In this document: in pieces, positions 14,047 to 27,840 of the stretch | Numbering within the stretch: position 1 is the first letter of the stretch | How the letters are laid out: the number at the start of each line of letters is the position of its first letter | From: Octopus sinensis | Taxonomy: Eukaryota | Length of the DNA: 60,395 bases | Reading direction: 5' to 3' | Assembly: GCF_006345805.1 (NCBI RefSeq) | Contig: NW_021834627.1 | Coordinates: forward strand, 1 to 60,395 | The notes under the pieces: generated by a model | Database searches by the model: none | The model's input: only the letters and a program-made list of their open reading frames with translations | What the model was told of the DNA's origin: nothing | Program-made: the position numbers and the translations under genes

Positions 14047-14093
<47 letters not shown>

Positions 14094-14094
<1 letters not shown>

Positions 14095-14218
14095 TAAGCA
14101 ATAAGGGTTTAGCAACGAGTTGCTTACCACATACCGAATTAGAAATAGCAGTCAAAGGGTTATAGCTATTTCTTCTACTAAAAAGGGGATCTCAGTCAAA
14201 AACAGCATTGGAAGGCAA
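14094..14218. repeat. ~125-bp dispersed repeat embedded in (TA)n
   Basis: Near-identical inverted copy at 50705-50831. Confidence 0.85.
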
Positions 14219-14221
14219 TAT

Positions 14222-14252
<31 letters not shown>

Positions 14253-14305
14253 ATCACGGTAACCGCCAGGATTATGTATGCCTTTAAGCTCATATACATA
14301 CATAC

Positions 14306-14386
<81 letters not shown>

Positions 14387-14461
14387 TATAATATATGTAT
14401 GTATGTATATATATGTATGTTATAGCTTAAAGGCATACATAATCCTGGCGGTTACCGTGAT
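14253..14461. repeat. Perfect 38-bp inverted repeat flanking a (TA)n core
   Basis: ATCACGGTAACCGCCAGGATTATGTATGCCTTTAAGCT at 14253-14290 and its reverse complement at 14424-14461. Confidence 0.95.
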
Positions 14462-15324
14462 GTTTCTTCTGAAATCGGTTTCAGATGCCGGCTAACTACT
14501 ACGATCCTTTAGTGATATAGAGTTAACAATAAATTGTCAAACTCCGGTAACTATTCTCACTTAGTAATTCCGAGTGTTCTATTCAGGACTGCATAGTCTC
14601 CAGGATGCATACTTAACAGTGTCCAGTCGATGCAGCTGAAACGCGCGTAGGTCCAGAAAAGAATGCTGTAAATAACTGTTTAATAAAATTATAGATGTGA
14701 AAAATTCTCCCATCTCCTTACTCACTCGACGGCTTTCCACAGAGTTTCTGTCTACGAAATTCACTCAGAAGTCATCCGGGGCTATAATAGAAGACACCTG
14801 CCTAATTGTGCCCGAGGTGTCGTGCAGCGGGATTGAATCCGAAACCACATGCTTCAAAGCCGAGCGTCTTAATCAGACATCTGAACCTATCTCGATTCAG
14901 TTTTCACACAGGAGACCTACTCTGCATTCTCAGAACAGAGTAAATTCTACTAAACCAACCACGGACCAGATGATGGCGTTAAACCAGCCGATAAAAAGAT
15001 TAGGACAGACATTCATTTAAGTCGATACATTATTATGAAATACTGCGACACAGTTTCCAAAGCGTATTGCTTTCACCAATCTTTAGAATCTTTCTTTATT
15101 CCTGGGTTTTTTTTTTCCTAATTTTATTTTATTTATTCATTTTGCTTTCTTAAAAAAATTTCTATTAACGACTTGTTTTGTACTGCATTGAAATTGAACT
15201 AATGGGTTTTGGATCTCAGGGGGCAAGTGTTTGGCACTATAGCCTCTGGTCGACCAAAGTTTTTGTGAGTGGAATTTCATACACGGAAATTGTACGCAAC
15301 TAAACCCACTCACCCCAACAGCAG

Positions 15325-16108
15325 ATGTGCGTGTGTATGTATGCATGCATGTATGTATGTATGCATGTATGTATGTATGTATGCATGTATGTATGTATGT
15401 ATGCATGTATGTATGTATGCATGCATGTATGTATGTATGTATGTATGTATGTATTATGCATGTATGTATGTATGCATGCATGTATGTATGTATGCATTCA
15501 TGTATGTATGTATGTCTGTATGTATGTATGTATGCATGTATGTATGTATGCATGCATGTATGTTATGCTGCTGTATGTATGTATGCATGCATGTATGTAT
15601 GTATCCTGCATGTATGTATTAATGTATGTATGTAATTATGCATGTATGTATGTATGCATGCTGTATGTAGCATGCATGCATGTATGTATGTAAATGTCAT
15701 TTATGTATGTATGGGGTATGTATGTTGTATGTATGCATGCAGGTATGTATGTATTTATGTATGATGTATGTATGTATGATATGTATGTATGTATTATGTA
15801 TGCATGCATGTATGTAATGGTATGTATGTATGTATGTATGCAGTATGTATGTATGTATGTATGTATGCATGTATGTATGTCTGCTGCATGTATGTATGCA
15901 TGCATGTATGTATGTATGCAATGTATGTATGTATGTATGTTATGTAGTATGTTGTCTGTATTTTGTATGTATGTATGTATGTATGTACATGTTGGTGGGG
16001 GGGAATGCAACATAAAATACACACATGTATAAATAATATATACACACCACATGTATATATATATATATCTATATACATTATATAAATATATGTATATATA
16101 TGTATATG

Positions 16109-16161
<53 letters not shown>

Positions 16162-16218
16162 GTACGTATGCGCGTGTGTGTTTGCGTGCGTCCATGTGAG
16201 TATGTATGTGTGTGGGTG

Positions 16219-16251
<33 letters not shown>

Positions 16252-16530
16252 TATATATATATACACGCACGCATAAATATATATATGCATAAATGCTTTT
16301 GTATATGTATATATATGTCTGTATATGTGTATGTACGTGTGTGTGTGTGAGTGTGTGTGAATATTATGTATGTTATATATATATATACACACAAGTGTAT
16401 ATAAACATATATGTACATAAACACATATATATATATATATATACATAGACATGCAAACACCTTCACATAAATACACACATACATTCAAACACACACACAT
16501 ATCTACAATATATATATATATATATATTTC
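15325..16530. repeat. Degenerate (ATGT)n and TA/CA microsatellite block
   Basis: Direct reading. Confidence 0.95.
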
Positions 16531-16822
16531 TTTCATTTCCTTGACTTTAAGTAACATAACAATAATATAATGTAACGTACATGTCAGAATAAATTGTTAA
16601 TAAGTTCATATACGTACGTTTGATAAATCTACATTCATAAACATCCATGGGGGTATATTTAACACACCGAAGAAGCTGGATGTATATTTATCAAACACTC
16701 CTGGACTTATCCACTACACACGCACACTTACAGACACACACACACTTACACACACACACACACACACTTACACACACACACTTACACACACACACACACA
16801 CTTACACACACACACACACTCA

Positions 16823-16856
<34 letters not shown>

Positions 16857-17059
16857 ACTCTGACGCAATGCTTTAATTATTTTACACGTAAAAACTATAC
16901 GCAGGAAAAATATATAAGCGAAAACAAGCATAAAAATAAGTGGAAGAGAACAATATTAAAATAAATATAGATTTATACTTATTTTAATATCAATATCTGT
17001 ATTTTAAAATGCATTTTCGCGTGTGTATAATAAACGATAGGGTGGTAGATTACGCACCC

Positions 17060-17590
17060 GCGCACACTCACACACACTGACATAGACGTACACACACTGA
17101 CATACACATACACACACATGTACGTACACACTCACACATGTACGTACACACACACTCATACACACGTACACACACAGACACACACTGACATACACAAACA
17201 CGCACACACATGTACGTACACACACAGACACACACTGACATACGCATACACACATACACATGTACGTACACACTCACACATGTACGTACACACACAGACA
17301 CACACTGACATACGCATACACACATACACATGTACGTACACACTCACACATGTACGTACACACACAGACACACACTGACATACGCATACACACATACACA
17401 TGTACGTACACACTCACACATGTACGTACACACACAGACACACACTGACATACACATACACACACATGTACGTACACACACACTCATACACACGTACACA
17501 CACAGATACACACTGACATACACATACACACACATGTACGTACACACTCACACATATACGTACGCACACACTCATACACACTCATACACA
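17060..17590. repeat. 70-bp higher-order repeat built from CA microsatellite with CATGTACGTA motifs
   Basis: Identical units at 70-bp spacing (ORF starts at 17273, 17343, 17413, 17483). Confidence 0.9.
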
Positions 17591-18219
17591 CGCATGATTT
17601 ATATATCTTTATAATTTTCTTACGCTTGTTACTAAATTCCGCCGAGGTCAACTTAGCCTTTCGTCCCTCCGCTCCGCGGTGTCGATAAAATAATGTACCT
17701 GTGAAGTACTGGAGTCAAAATAATCGAATAAACCACCCCACCCCACCCCATCCACCCACGAACATTGTAGACCAAAATTTGAAAGAATTATTGTTGTTGT
17801 CGTCGTTGTCGTCGTCCTCGACTTCACCGCTGCTGTTGTTTAATTGATGGATTGATTCTCGTAGAATTAAACTCATGTATTTTTTTCCCCCTTCTCTTTT
17901 CGATACATGAGTTAATTCAAGCATAATCAAATAAATATTTCTTTCCTTTTCCTCTATCTCGAAGTGTCGGAAGTAGACGAGAGAAAAAAAAAGTTTGTTT
18001 TTTACTGATTCTATTTTTACGTCCATATTTTGACTTCATTTCACAATGAAAAATGTCTACCAAACGCAACCACGATACAAAGCAAAGTATTGGAGACCAG
18101 CATAAAACAAATTTACATCAGAGAACGAACCAAAAGGAGAAAAGAATGACCATTTTAATGAACAATTAATAATAGGAAAAGAAAATATTCCAAACAGTCT
18201 AAGAAATAATTTTGAACGA

Positions 18220-18510
18220 GCGCAGGCGTGACGGTGTATAAAGAAGCTTGCTTACCAAACACATGCGTGATACCATAGGTTTTTTTCTACTTAAACTTCG
18301 GGCTGTCCAAAGCTTTGTGAGTGGATTTTACTGACGGAAATTGAAAGAAGCCCATCGTATATATATGTGTATATGTTTATGTGTGTTTATGTCTTTCTGT
18401 CTGTGTTTGTCTACCACCACCGCTTGACAACCAATGTTGGTATGTTTGCATCCACGTATTCATTGCGGGTCGGCAGGGGCCTCCAATGGAATAAGAACTG
18501 GGCTTTAAAT
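18220..18510 (+). mobile_element. SINE family A, diverged copy
   Basis: Homology to family A. Confidence 0.8.
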
Positions 18511-19166
18511 AAAATAAGATGTTTGTGTCATGTCATTTAATGTTATTCTATGTAAGCCCTCGTGGCAAATAAAAGAAACAATGATAATCATCATCATCAT
18601 CATCATTGCAGACAGATATTGTGTCATTGTTATATCCTAAGAAGTGATAGCCAATGACTAAGGGTCTTTGGCATTGTTTCACGAACTCGATTTTCGAGCA
18701 CCTTGCGTTTTATTTTTCTGCTATAGTCTGCTCGAATTTCTATCGTAATCTTCTCTAATCACAATTCCATTTTCTTTGCAATTGTAAAAAGTGCACATAA
18801 CTGGCACAATTGGCATAATTTCAACATTTTTCATGCAACTTCTCTTTTCAGATCTTGATATTTCTCAATCCATTTCTTGTTCTTTCTCTCACACACGTTG
18901 TCGTTTCCCGGAGACATTATATCAGTTGGTGTGCAGTGTCTTCCCTTTTGCTTTTTTTCCCTCTTTCTTTTTCTTCTTTTTTTTTTTACCTGATGATAAC
19001 AATGTCTGGCAGCCTTTCCTCAATCATTCGATCACGTTGAATGTTGAACTGCTATAACAGAATAACCCATCATTTTCTTCCACTGCATTAGCTTAATATC
19101 CATACCACCTATGAGCTTTGTTCAAACTGCATTTTTTTTACATAGTTTCCAATAGACAATGTAGAC

Positions 19167-20160
19167 CAAGGATGGGGAAACTTTTTTGTGCGGTGAGCAA
19201 AAATTTCCAAAGAAATAGATCCAAGGGCGGATCACAAGTTCTAACTCTTACATTTATGTAAATCTTGTATATATCTATGTATAATTCGATATACATTAAT
19301 AAAGATATGTTTAACACATTAAATTAAAGCGTAACATGTTCATTAACGCCGCTACTGAATTTAGGGCTTTTTTATTACTTACTAGCAGTATCACCCGGCG
19401 TTGCTCGGGTTTGTAAGGGAAATAACTATATAAGCATTTTTAGAGAGTTACTTCCCTTATAGATGCCAATTCGGGCTTTCTTAGCCATTTCTGTTTTGGT
19501 GTCTTCAAGCCATGAAGTCGTTGTTCTAAAAGAACGCTGGTCTCCTTGACAACGCTTTACGACGTTGATTTCCTTACACTTCCTTCCCCACAGCTTCACG
19601 AGGGAGGGAGGGAAGAAGGGGGAGAAGCAAACAGGTGCAGGTGTGACCATGGACGCCAACTCCGCCGCCATCGACACACGATGCATTTTATGCATTAAAA
19701 TGGGATAAAAAATGATGTTAAATTATTTTTAAAATCGTAGACGCGCGCTAATACTCAGACGGGCTCGATATGAATCACGACTATAAGATACCCGAATTTG
19801 GTTAAACTGCACCGCAAAATGTGGGAGTAGTTAGGAATCTAAATCGAAGGGGACAGACACTCACGCAACTACAGTTTTATATATATAGATGAGGCATTCT
19901 CTATTTTTCAGCTAGAGTGTAGTCGGGTCTCAAGGGAGTGGTACAAACATAGTAATATGTATTTATAGTGAAAACAAAATTTCCATTCAAATGGAAATTA
20001 CCGGATGATTTTCTGTTCGAGTCTAACCGTTTTAAGCCGAAGTGGAAACACGACCTATGTCGCAAATAGGCATACGAATATTGTATAAATTTTATAATTG
20101 AAAAATTTACTATTTTCTATATATATGAGTATACCAGCTTGCGGGCTCAATAAAGTGGGA
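19167..20160 (+). mobile_element. Possible truncated hAT-like insertion splitting the LINE
   Basis: Starts CAAGGATGGGGAAACTTTTT (hAT-like end); LINE frame resumes on both sides at AGAC; right TIR not seen. Confidence 0.45.
19382..19889 (-). mobile_element. Non-autonomous Helitron (second subfamily)
   Basis: 5'-TCTATATATATAAAACTG...CCCGAGCAACGCCGGGTGATACTGCTAG-3' on the minus strand, A|T target. Confidence 0.85.
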
Positions 20161-20396
20161 GACAATATTGTTATGACTCCTTTTGTAGCCACTTTGTGTA
20201 AATTTTCTGCATTTGCTCCGCTATGAAGCTAATGTTTTGTTTTGCTTCTTTTTCATCATAAGGGTGATCCAACATCTTTATCGATGTGACATTTTCCATG
20301 GTCTGTTCTTTTCCTGCACAGATGAACGCTTCAGTTCCAAACTTTTGTGACTTGATTTTCGCGTCGTCTCTCACGACCTCGGCATATCTACAACAT

Positions 20397-20836
20397 TACT
20401 CTTTTACTCTTTTACTTGTTTCAGTCATTTGACTGCGGCCATGCTGGAGCACCGCCTTTAGTCGAGCAAATCGACCCCGGGACTTATTCCTTGTAAGACC
20501 AGTACCATGACTTATTCTTTGGAAGCCTGGTACTTATTCTATCGGTTTCTTTTGCCGAACCGCTAAGTAACGGGGACGTAAACACACCAGCATCGGTTGT
20601 CAAGCAATGCTAGGGGGACAAACACAGACACACAAACATATACACACACACACACATATATATATATATACATATATACGACAGGCTTCTTTCAGTTTCC
20701 GTCTACCAAATCCACTCACAAGGCATTGGTCGGCCCGGGGCTATAGCAGAAGACACTTGCCCAAGATGCCACGCAGTTGGACTGAACCCGGAACCATGTG
20801 GTGGGTTAGCAAGCTACTTACCACACAGCCACTCCT
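20397..20836 (-). mobile_element. SINE family A, full length
   Basis: Homology to family A. Confidence 0.92.
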
Positions 20837-20869
20837 TGCTTAAATCTCTGGCCAACTGTCTGTATATTT

Positions 20870-21467
20870 TCTTTTATCTTTTACTTGTTTCAGTCATTAA
20901 TCTGTCGCCATCCTGGGGCATTGCCTTGAAGAATTTTAGTCGAAATAATTGACTCCGGTACTTTTTTTTAAAAACCTGTAACTTATTCTACAAGGACATA
21001 AACACACCAACATCGGTTGTCAAGCGCTAGTGGGGGACACAGAGAGAGAGAAGCACACGTGAACACACACACGCACACACATACACACGCATACTTATGT
21101 ATGTATACGACGGGCTTCATTCAGTTTCCGCTTACCAAACCCATTCAGAAGGCTTTGGTCATCTCGAGGTTATAGTAGAAGACACTTGATCAAGATGTCA
21201 CGCAGTGGACTGAGCCTGGAGCCACACAGTTGCGAAGCAAACTTCTTATTTCTTTACGGTTTACAAGTGGCTACACGCAGAGGTAACAGACAAACGGATT
21301 AAGTCGATTCCATCGACCCCAGTGCGTAACTGGTACTTAATTTATCGACACCGAAAGGATGAAAGGCAAAGTCGACCTCGGCGGAATTTGAACTCAGAAC
21401 GTAAAGACAGACGAAATACCAAGCATTTCGCCCGGCCTACTAACGTTTCTGCCAACTTACCGCCTTC
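20870..21467 (-). mobile_element. Diverged SINE A followed by a SINE B copy
   Basis: Homology to families A (20870-21250) and B (21250-21467). Confidence 0.8.
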
Positions 21468-21494
21468 CTCATTACTTTCTGGCTTTGTCTTTAC

Positions 21495-22250
21495 ATGAAT
21501 GTGGCACTCCGTCGCTTGCGACGACGACGAGGGTTACATTTAATCTTACCACCGGAGTAACCTATTTCTTTACTACCCACAAGGGGCTAAACACAGAGGG
21601 GACAAACAAGGACAGACAAACGGATTAAGACGATTATCTCGACCCCGGTGTGTAACTGGTACTTATTTAATCGACCCCGAAAGGATGAAAGGCAAAGTTG
21701 ACCTCGGCGGAATTTGAACTCAGAACGTAGCGGCAGACGAAATACCAATTTCTTTACTACCCACAAGGGGCTAAACACAGAGGGGACAAAGAAGGACAGA
21801 CAAACTGATTAAGTCGATTATCTCGACCCCAGTGCGTAACTGGTACTTAATTTATCGACCCCGAAAGGATGAAAGGCAAAGTCGACCTCGGCGGAATTTG
21901 AACTCAGAACGTAACGGCAGACGAAATACGGCTACGCATTTCGCCCGGCGTGCTAACGTTTCTGCCAGCTCGCCGCCACCGGAGCAACCTGCTCGTAGAA
22001 TTAACGTGCAAGTGGTTGAACACTCCACAGATACGCGTACCTATAATATAGTCCTCAGGGAGTTCAGCGTGACACGAAATGTGCCAAGGCTGCTCCTTTG
22101 AAATTCAGGTGCAACTCATTTTTGCCAGCTGAGTGAACGGAGCTACGTAAAATAGAGCGTCTTGCTCAAGAACACAATGACCTGCCGGGAATCGAAATTA
22201 CGATCTTATGATCGTGAGCCGAATACTCCTAACCACTAAGCCACGAGCCT
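21495..22250 (-). mobile_element. SINE family C variant interrupted by a SINE B dimer (21564-21976)
   Basis: tRNA head at ~22190-22250; near-perfect TSD CACCGGAG(T/C)AACCT at 21550-21563 and 21977-21990. Confidence 0.85.
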
Positions 22251-22278
22251 TCACATACCATAGCATACACACACACAC

Positions 22279-22322
<44 letters not shown>

Positions 22323-22476
22323 TAGGTAGGTGAGCAAATAACAGGATGTAGTACCCAACAAGTGTTCGCTCGAATTGATTGATCAAGAGTTGAATCAGCC
22401 CAGCCTTACTCGAGGTTTCGCAGGTACACACGTGTGTGTCTACTCTTTCAGCCGTACAAAGTCTGACTATGCGGTC

Positions 22477-22531
<55 letters not shown>

Positions 22532-23517
22532 ATGAGTTGCCGTGTATGTGCGCATTTGTGGTAACATATAACAATATTGACCAAGGTTACCGTGGTCTTT
22601 TTCGTAGGCTTTTCTTCCCACGGATAAACCTTACTTGCTTTCCCCTTTACACCATATATCATAACACTGTGATACACGATCCCTATTGATCGTTTTTTTT
22701 CCTCTTCCCCTTTTTTTCCCCTTTTTTCTTCTTTTTTCATTTCTCTTTTCTTTTGTTCCTTTTCCTTTTCTTTTTTTTCTTTTCATTCTTTTTATTTTTT
22801 ATTTTTATTTTTTTTTTGTTCTTTTCATCCCTTTTACGATCCCTCTTGATCGAAAACCTACGCCACCCCTTTTTTTTTTCTTTTGTTTTTTGTTTTTTTC
22901 ATCCCCCAAAAGAAAAGCTCTACCTTCTAACTTGTCCCGTGTGCAGCCCTGTGTGGCCAATAAAGAAACTTATCTATCTATCTATCTATCTCTCCGTCTG
23001 TCTGTCTAAATGTATATATGTATGTGTGCATGGGCGTTTATATAATAGCCTTAGCTGTGATTTGAAATTATAAGAATGTAAAGTGCAAACATATTTCTTT
23101 GATGTTTTTCGTCTGTGACAAAAGTAAAAAGACATTTGCTCATGTTTCAAAGGTAAAAGACACGTGTAGGATCGAACCTGTGACCGACTCGAAATGTATT
23201 GTTTTCACTCGTAAGTTAAATCACGTGTATATACGTGTATATATTTATGCTGTAAATATGTACTTTTATTCTTTTTTGTGCTTTTTTTTTACATGTTTCA
23301 GTTATTGAGGTGTGGCCTTACTGGAGCACCGTCTTGCAGGATTTTAGTTGAACGAATTATTATATTTTAAAACTCTGATACTTATTCTATCGGCTTCTTT
23401 TGCCGAACAGGTAGTGTACAGAGACATAAACAAACCAGCACGGGTTATCAAGCGGTAGAAAGGAGCAACACAAGAATGTGCATGCACACGTTCAAACACA
23501 TAACACAATCACACACG

Positions 23518-23549
<32 letters not shown>

Positions 23550-23625
23550 CGTGTGTGATGTTGGCCCATTCGCCATGTGATTCGCTATGTTGGACCGCTG
23601 AAATCTCCTATTTTTTTTTCATTCA

Positions 23626-23886
<261 letters not shown>

Positions 23887-23913
23887 ATATATATATGTAT
23901 ATGTATATGTATG

Positions 23914-23995
<82 letters not shown>

Positions 23996-24029
23996 AATAC
24001 ACACAAACACCACACAGACACACACACAT

Positions 24030-24093
<64 letters not shown>

Positions 24094-24300
24094 GTTTGTG
24101 TGTGCGCGCGCGTGTGTATACGACGGGCTTCCATATAGTTTTCATCTAGTAAATTCACTCACAATGTTGTGGTAGCTCCAGGGTAGTAGTATAGGACATT
24201 AGCCCAAGGTGCCACAGAGTAGGACTGAACCCGAATCTATGCGTTTGTGAAACGAACTCTTTAACCACATAGACATGGCTGCGCTCATATGCATATGTAC

Positions 24301-24339
<39 letters not shown>

Positions 24340-24573
24340 CATGTGAATGTGAATATGTATATGTGCACGCATGTATGTATGTAACATGTATATATGTACG
24401 TACGTATGTGTGTGTATCTGTCTGTATATATGTACGTGTGAATACAGACATAAAAACAACCTGTTCGGTACACAGAATAGAATTGGTAACGACAATAATA
24501 ACAGCAGTTGAATTAGTTTTACGTAGTTAATTCTTATTTCGATTCTACCAGAATTGGATCAGAACCTGTCGGG

Positions 24574-24629
24574 ATAACCCGATGACCTCGTAACCTAATG
24601 GCCTCGTGACCTGATGACCTCATGACGTT
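24574..24629. repeat. Seven 8-bp units forming TGACCT-like half sites with 2-bp spacing
   Basis: ATAACCCG ATGACCTC GTAACCTA ATGGCCTC GTGACCTG ATGACCTC ATGACGTT. Confidence 0.8.
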
Positions 24630-25080
24630 ATGCATTCTCCAAGAAAATTAATGGCGTGAGGAGTAAGACTTTGCTGCATTGGCATCAAGTCACATTCCAA
24701 ATTCTGATTAGATTCTCTTAGAATCGGTTAAAAAAAAAAAACAGACGATAAAAGAAATTTACTTCGCAGAAAACGAACATTGTATGTATGCGTGTGTGTA
24801 TGTATGTATGTATGTATGTATGTATGTATGTATGTATGTATGATGTATGTATGTATGTGTGTATACATATATGCATGTATGTATGTGTGTACGTACGTAT
24901 AATGTACGCATGTGTGTATGTATGTATGCCTGTATGTATGTGTATAAGTGTGTATATATGTATACATAAACGCAGACACACATATATACACTCATACATA
25001 CATAGATACATACATACATAAATATATATGTATATATATATACGTGTGTGTGTGTGTATATGTATATATTTATATATATA

Positions 25081-25870
25081 CTGGGTGCGATGGTTGAATT
25101 GTCGCCATATTGTACTTTTAATTTTGCGCATGCGCATTGTTTGCTTTGGATTTTGACAACTACACAGTATAGTAGGGTCAGTTGGTCACCGTCTGTGAGA
25201 AGACAAGCACCATGACGCAATTCACTCTGCCAGAAATTTGGAAGCGACATGTTGTATTGCTTGGCATACGCACCCGAAGCTCCAACATGAATATTTCAGA
25301 GTATTTGGGTGTCAATCTGAGGACAGTGCAGAGGATTCGGAAAGACCAGGACGAGTCTAATGGTGATTAGGAAGGTACAGCGGCTCGGAAAACTCACTCT
25401 GATCGTTCTGATAAGAAAAGAACTCCTGAATTTGTTGATGAGATCCAGGCCGTGATTGACAAAGATCTTTCCAAGTCAATCAGGTCCATCGCCATGGGTG
25501 TGCCTGAGTTTCTTGTTAGGCAGGTAATGCATGAAGACATTCGGTATTCCACATACACGATGAAGAAAGAGCCAGTTTTTATGCCAAGCCATCAAGAACA
25601 AGAGGAAAGACCGCGCTACGAAGCTGTTGGACAAACTCAAGCATCCCTTCCAATCGAACATACTTTGCTTTTTCTCAGACGAGAAAGATTTCAGCCAGGA
25701 TCAGATGGTGAACACATAGAACAACCGTTGGCCTGTCGTGTCCCTAAAACACCTAACGAGAATGATTAAAATTAAGCCTCCAGTCAACATCATGGTGTTT
25801 GGAGTGATCACTTAGTGGTGGTGACATTATGCCTCCATTCATCTTTCCACGCGGCCTCAAACTTAACACT
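25081..25870 (+). mobile_element. Tc1/mariner-superfamily (maT/DD37D-like) transposon, 3'-truncated, with a decayed transposase starting at ATG 25212
   Basis: HTH region LGVNLRTVQRIRK, RTPEFV...SIRSIA, FFSDEK...NNRW, IMVFGVIT...MPPFIFP; stops and frameshifts; starts after TA. Confidence 0.88.
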
Positions 25871-26149
25871 GTCCAAATCTCAGGCGCAATCGAAATGTTT
25901 AAGTTAATGAAACAAGGTCATGGAGATCTATAAGTTTACAAACTGAAAGATATATCGATAGATAGATAGTTAAATCAAAGTAGATAGCTTTGGGTGTTAC
26001 GCATTTATCTTTTTTGTGTTGCAGACCAAAGGCTATGCCCATGTTATCATTTACTTGTTACAACCACTCGACAGCGGCCGTGCTGGAGCACTGCTTAAAA
26101 GGGATTTTAATCGAAAGAATCGATCCTAGGACTAATTATTTTAAAGCCT

Positions 26150-26562
26150 TAGGCGTGGCTGTGTGGTAAGTAGCTTGTTTACCAACCACATGGTTCCGGG
26201 TTCAGTCCCACTGTGTGGCACCTTGGGCAAGTGTTTTCTACAATATAGCCTCGGGCCGACCAAAGCCTTGTGAGTGGATTTGGTAGACGGAAACTGAAAG
26301 AAGCCCGTCGTATATATGTATATATATGTATGCGTGTGTGTGTTTGTGTGTCTGTGTTTGTCCCCGTAGCATTGCTTGACAGCCGATGCTGGTGTGTTTA
26401 TGTCCCCGTAACTTAGCGGTTTGGCAAAAGAGACCGATAGAATAAGTACTGGGCTTACAAAAGAATAAGTCCCGGGGTCGAGTGCTCGATTAAAGGCGGT
26501 GCTCCAGCATGGCCGCAGTCAGATGACTGAAACAAATAAAAGAGTAAAAGAGTAAAAGAGTA
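26150..26562 (+). mobile_element. SINE family A, full length
   Basis: Homology to family A. Confidence 0.92.
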
Positions 26563-26567
26563 TTCTA

Positions 26568-27840
26568 CCTTTGTGATGACAACGGGATGGAGTTTGGTCT
26601 TGATAAGTATGCCAAAGCCACATTCCAGAAGAGGAAATTGAAGACATCAAATTCAGTCGTGTTAGATGTTGACACAGTTATAAAATAAATTGAGCAGGAA
26701 GCAAACTTACTGATAGCTCGGAACAAATGAAGGCTCTGGCATTCAGCACGCAAGCATGAAATAGAAATGTCAAAGGAGAGTTCGAGCAGTCCTTAAATGA
26801 GCTAAATACATATGACAAGGTGTTAACCATAAATTCCTTGGCAGTTCCAGTTGTCACTTATAGCTTCAATGTGTTCAACTAGAATATCAGCGAAAAGAAG
26901 AAAACTGACAGAAAAATACGTAAGCTGCTGACTTGTAAATAAGATGCACCGCCAAAAGGTGGATGTGGATCGTCTTTACTTTCTCAGAATCCAAGGAGAT
27001 CGAGGCTTGGTCTAGATTGAACTCTCTTACAAAACCGCCTCAACTAAACTGGCTAAATACCTATTTCTTTACTACCCACAAGGGGCTACACACAGAGGGG
27101 ACAAACAAGGACAGACAAACGGATTGAGTCGATTATATCGACCCCAGTACGTAACTGGTACTTAATTTATCGACCCCGAAAGGATGAAAGGCAAAGTCGA
27201 CCTCGGCGGAATTTGAACTCAGAACGTAGCGGCAGACGAAATGCGGCTACGCATTTCGCCCGGCGTGCTAACGTTTCTGCCAGCTCGCCGCCTAAATACC
27301 TTTGAAACAACTAGTGACTGGATGTTAAAAGTCGATGAAAATGTAATGATTCTTTGGGACTTTCCAATACACACAGACAGAATCATCAAAGCTAGTAAAC
27401 CGGATGTTATTGTGAAAGACCAAAACAATGAAGCCTATTTATTGATCGACGTGAGTATTCCTCGTGATCATAATGTCTCGGCAAAAGAATTTGCCAAGCT
27501 CAGGAAATATAAAGATTTGCTCATTGAAATCGAAAACGTGGTATCTCAAAGCAGTTACAATAATAGTGATTGTAGGCGCACTTTGAATGATCAAAAAAGG
27601 AGCTGAAAATTATTTGAGAATGTTCTCTGGCTTATCATGTATGCAAGAAGTGCAAAAGGTTGTTTTAACTAGTACGTTACACGTACTGAGAAGAGACTTG
27701 TCACTGTGAGAACGAGTACCGTACGTGGATTTTTTTTCACTTAACTTCATTCTGTTTGGTAAAGGGACACTCTGATGTGCTTATTTTAATGGCCTATCAG
27801 TGGGTTTTCTTTTTGCCCTAGGTGTCAGGAAGACACTCGA
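26568..27840 (+). mobile_element. R4/Dong-like REL LINE remnant, internally deleted
   Basis: MEFGLDKYAK, VDVDRLYF...GDRGL and ILWDFPIHTDRIIKASKPDVIV...LIDVSIP...KLRKYKDL (REL PD-D-K motif). Confidence 0.9.
27063..27291 (-). mobile_element. SINE family B monomer inserted in the LINE
   Basis: Flanked by CTAAATACCT direct repeats at 27053-27062 and 27292-27301. Confidence 0.92.

Larger units (their letters stand above)
18583..20870 (-). mobile_element. R4/Dong-like REL LINE remnant (C-terminal part), interrupted by three insertions
   Basis: Minus-strand fragments GTEAFICA, SKCRKFTQSGYKRSHNNIV|YIVYWKLCKK, RWYGY...VEEND and FNIQRDRMIEERLPDIVII match the CCHC-to-REL region; (ATG)n tail. Confidence 0.8.
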
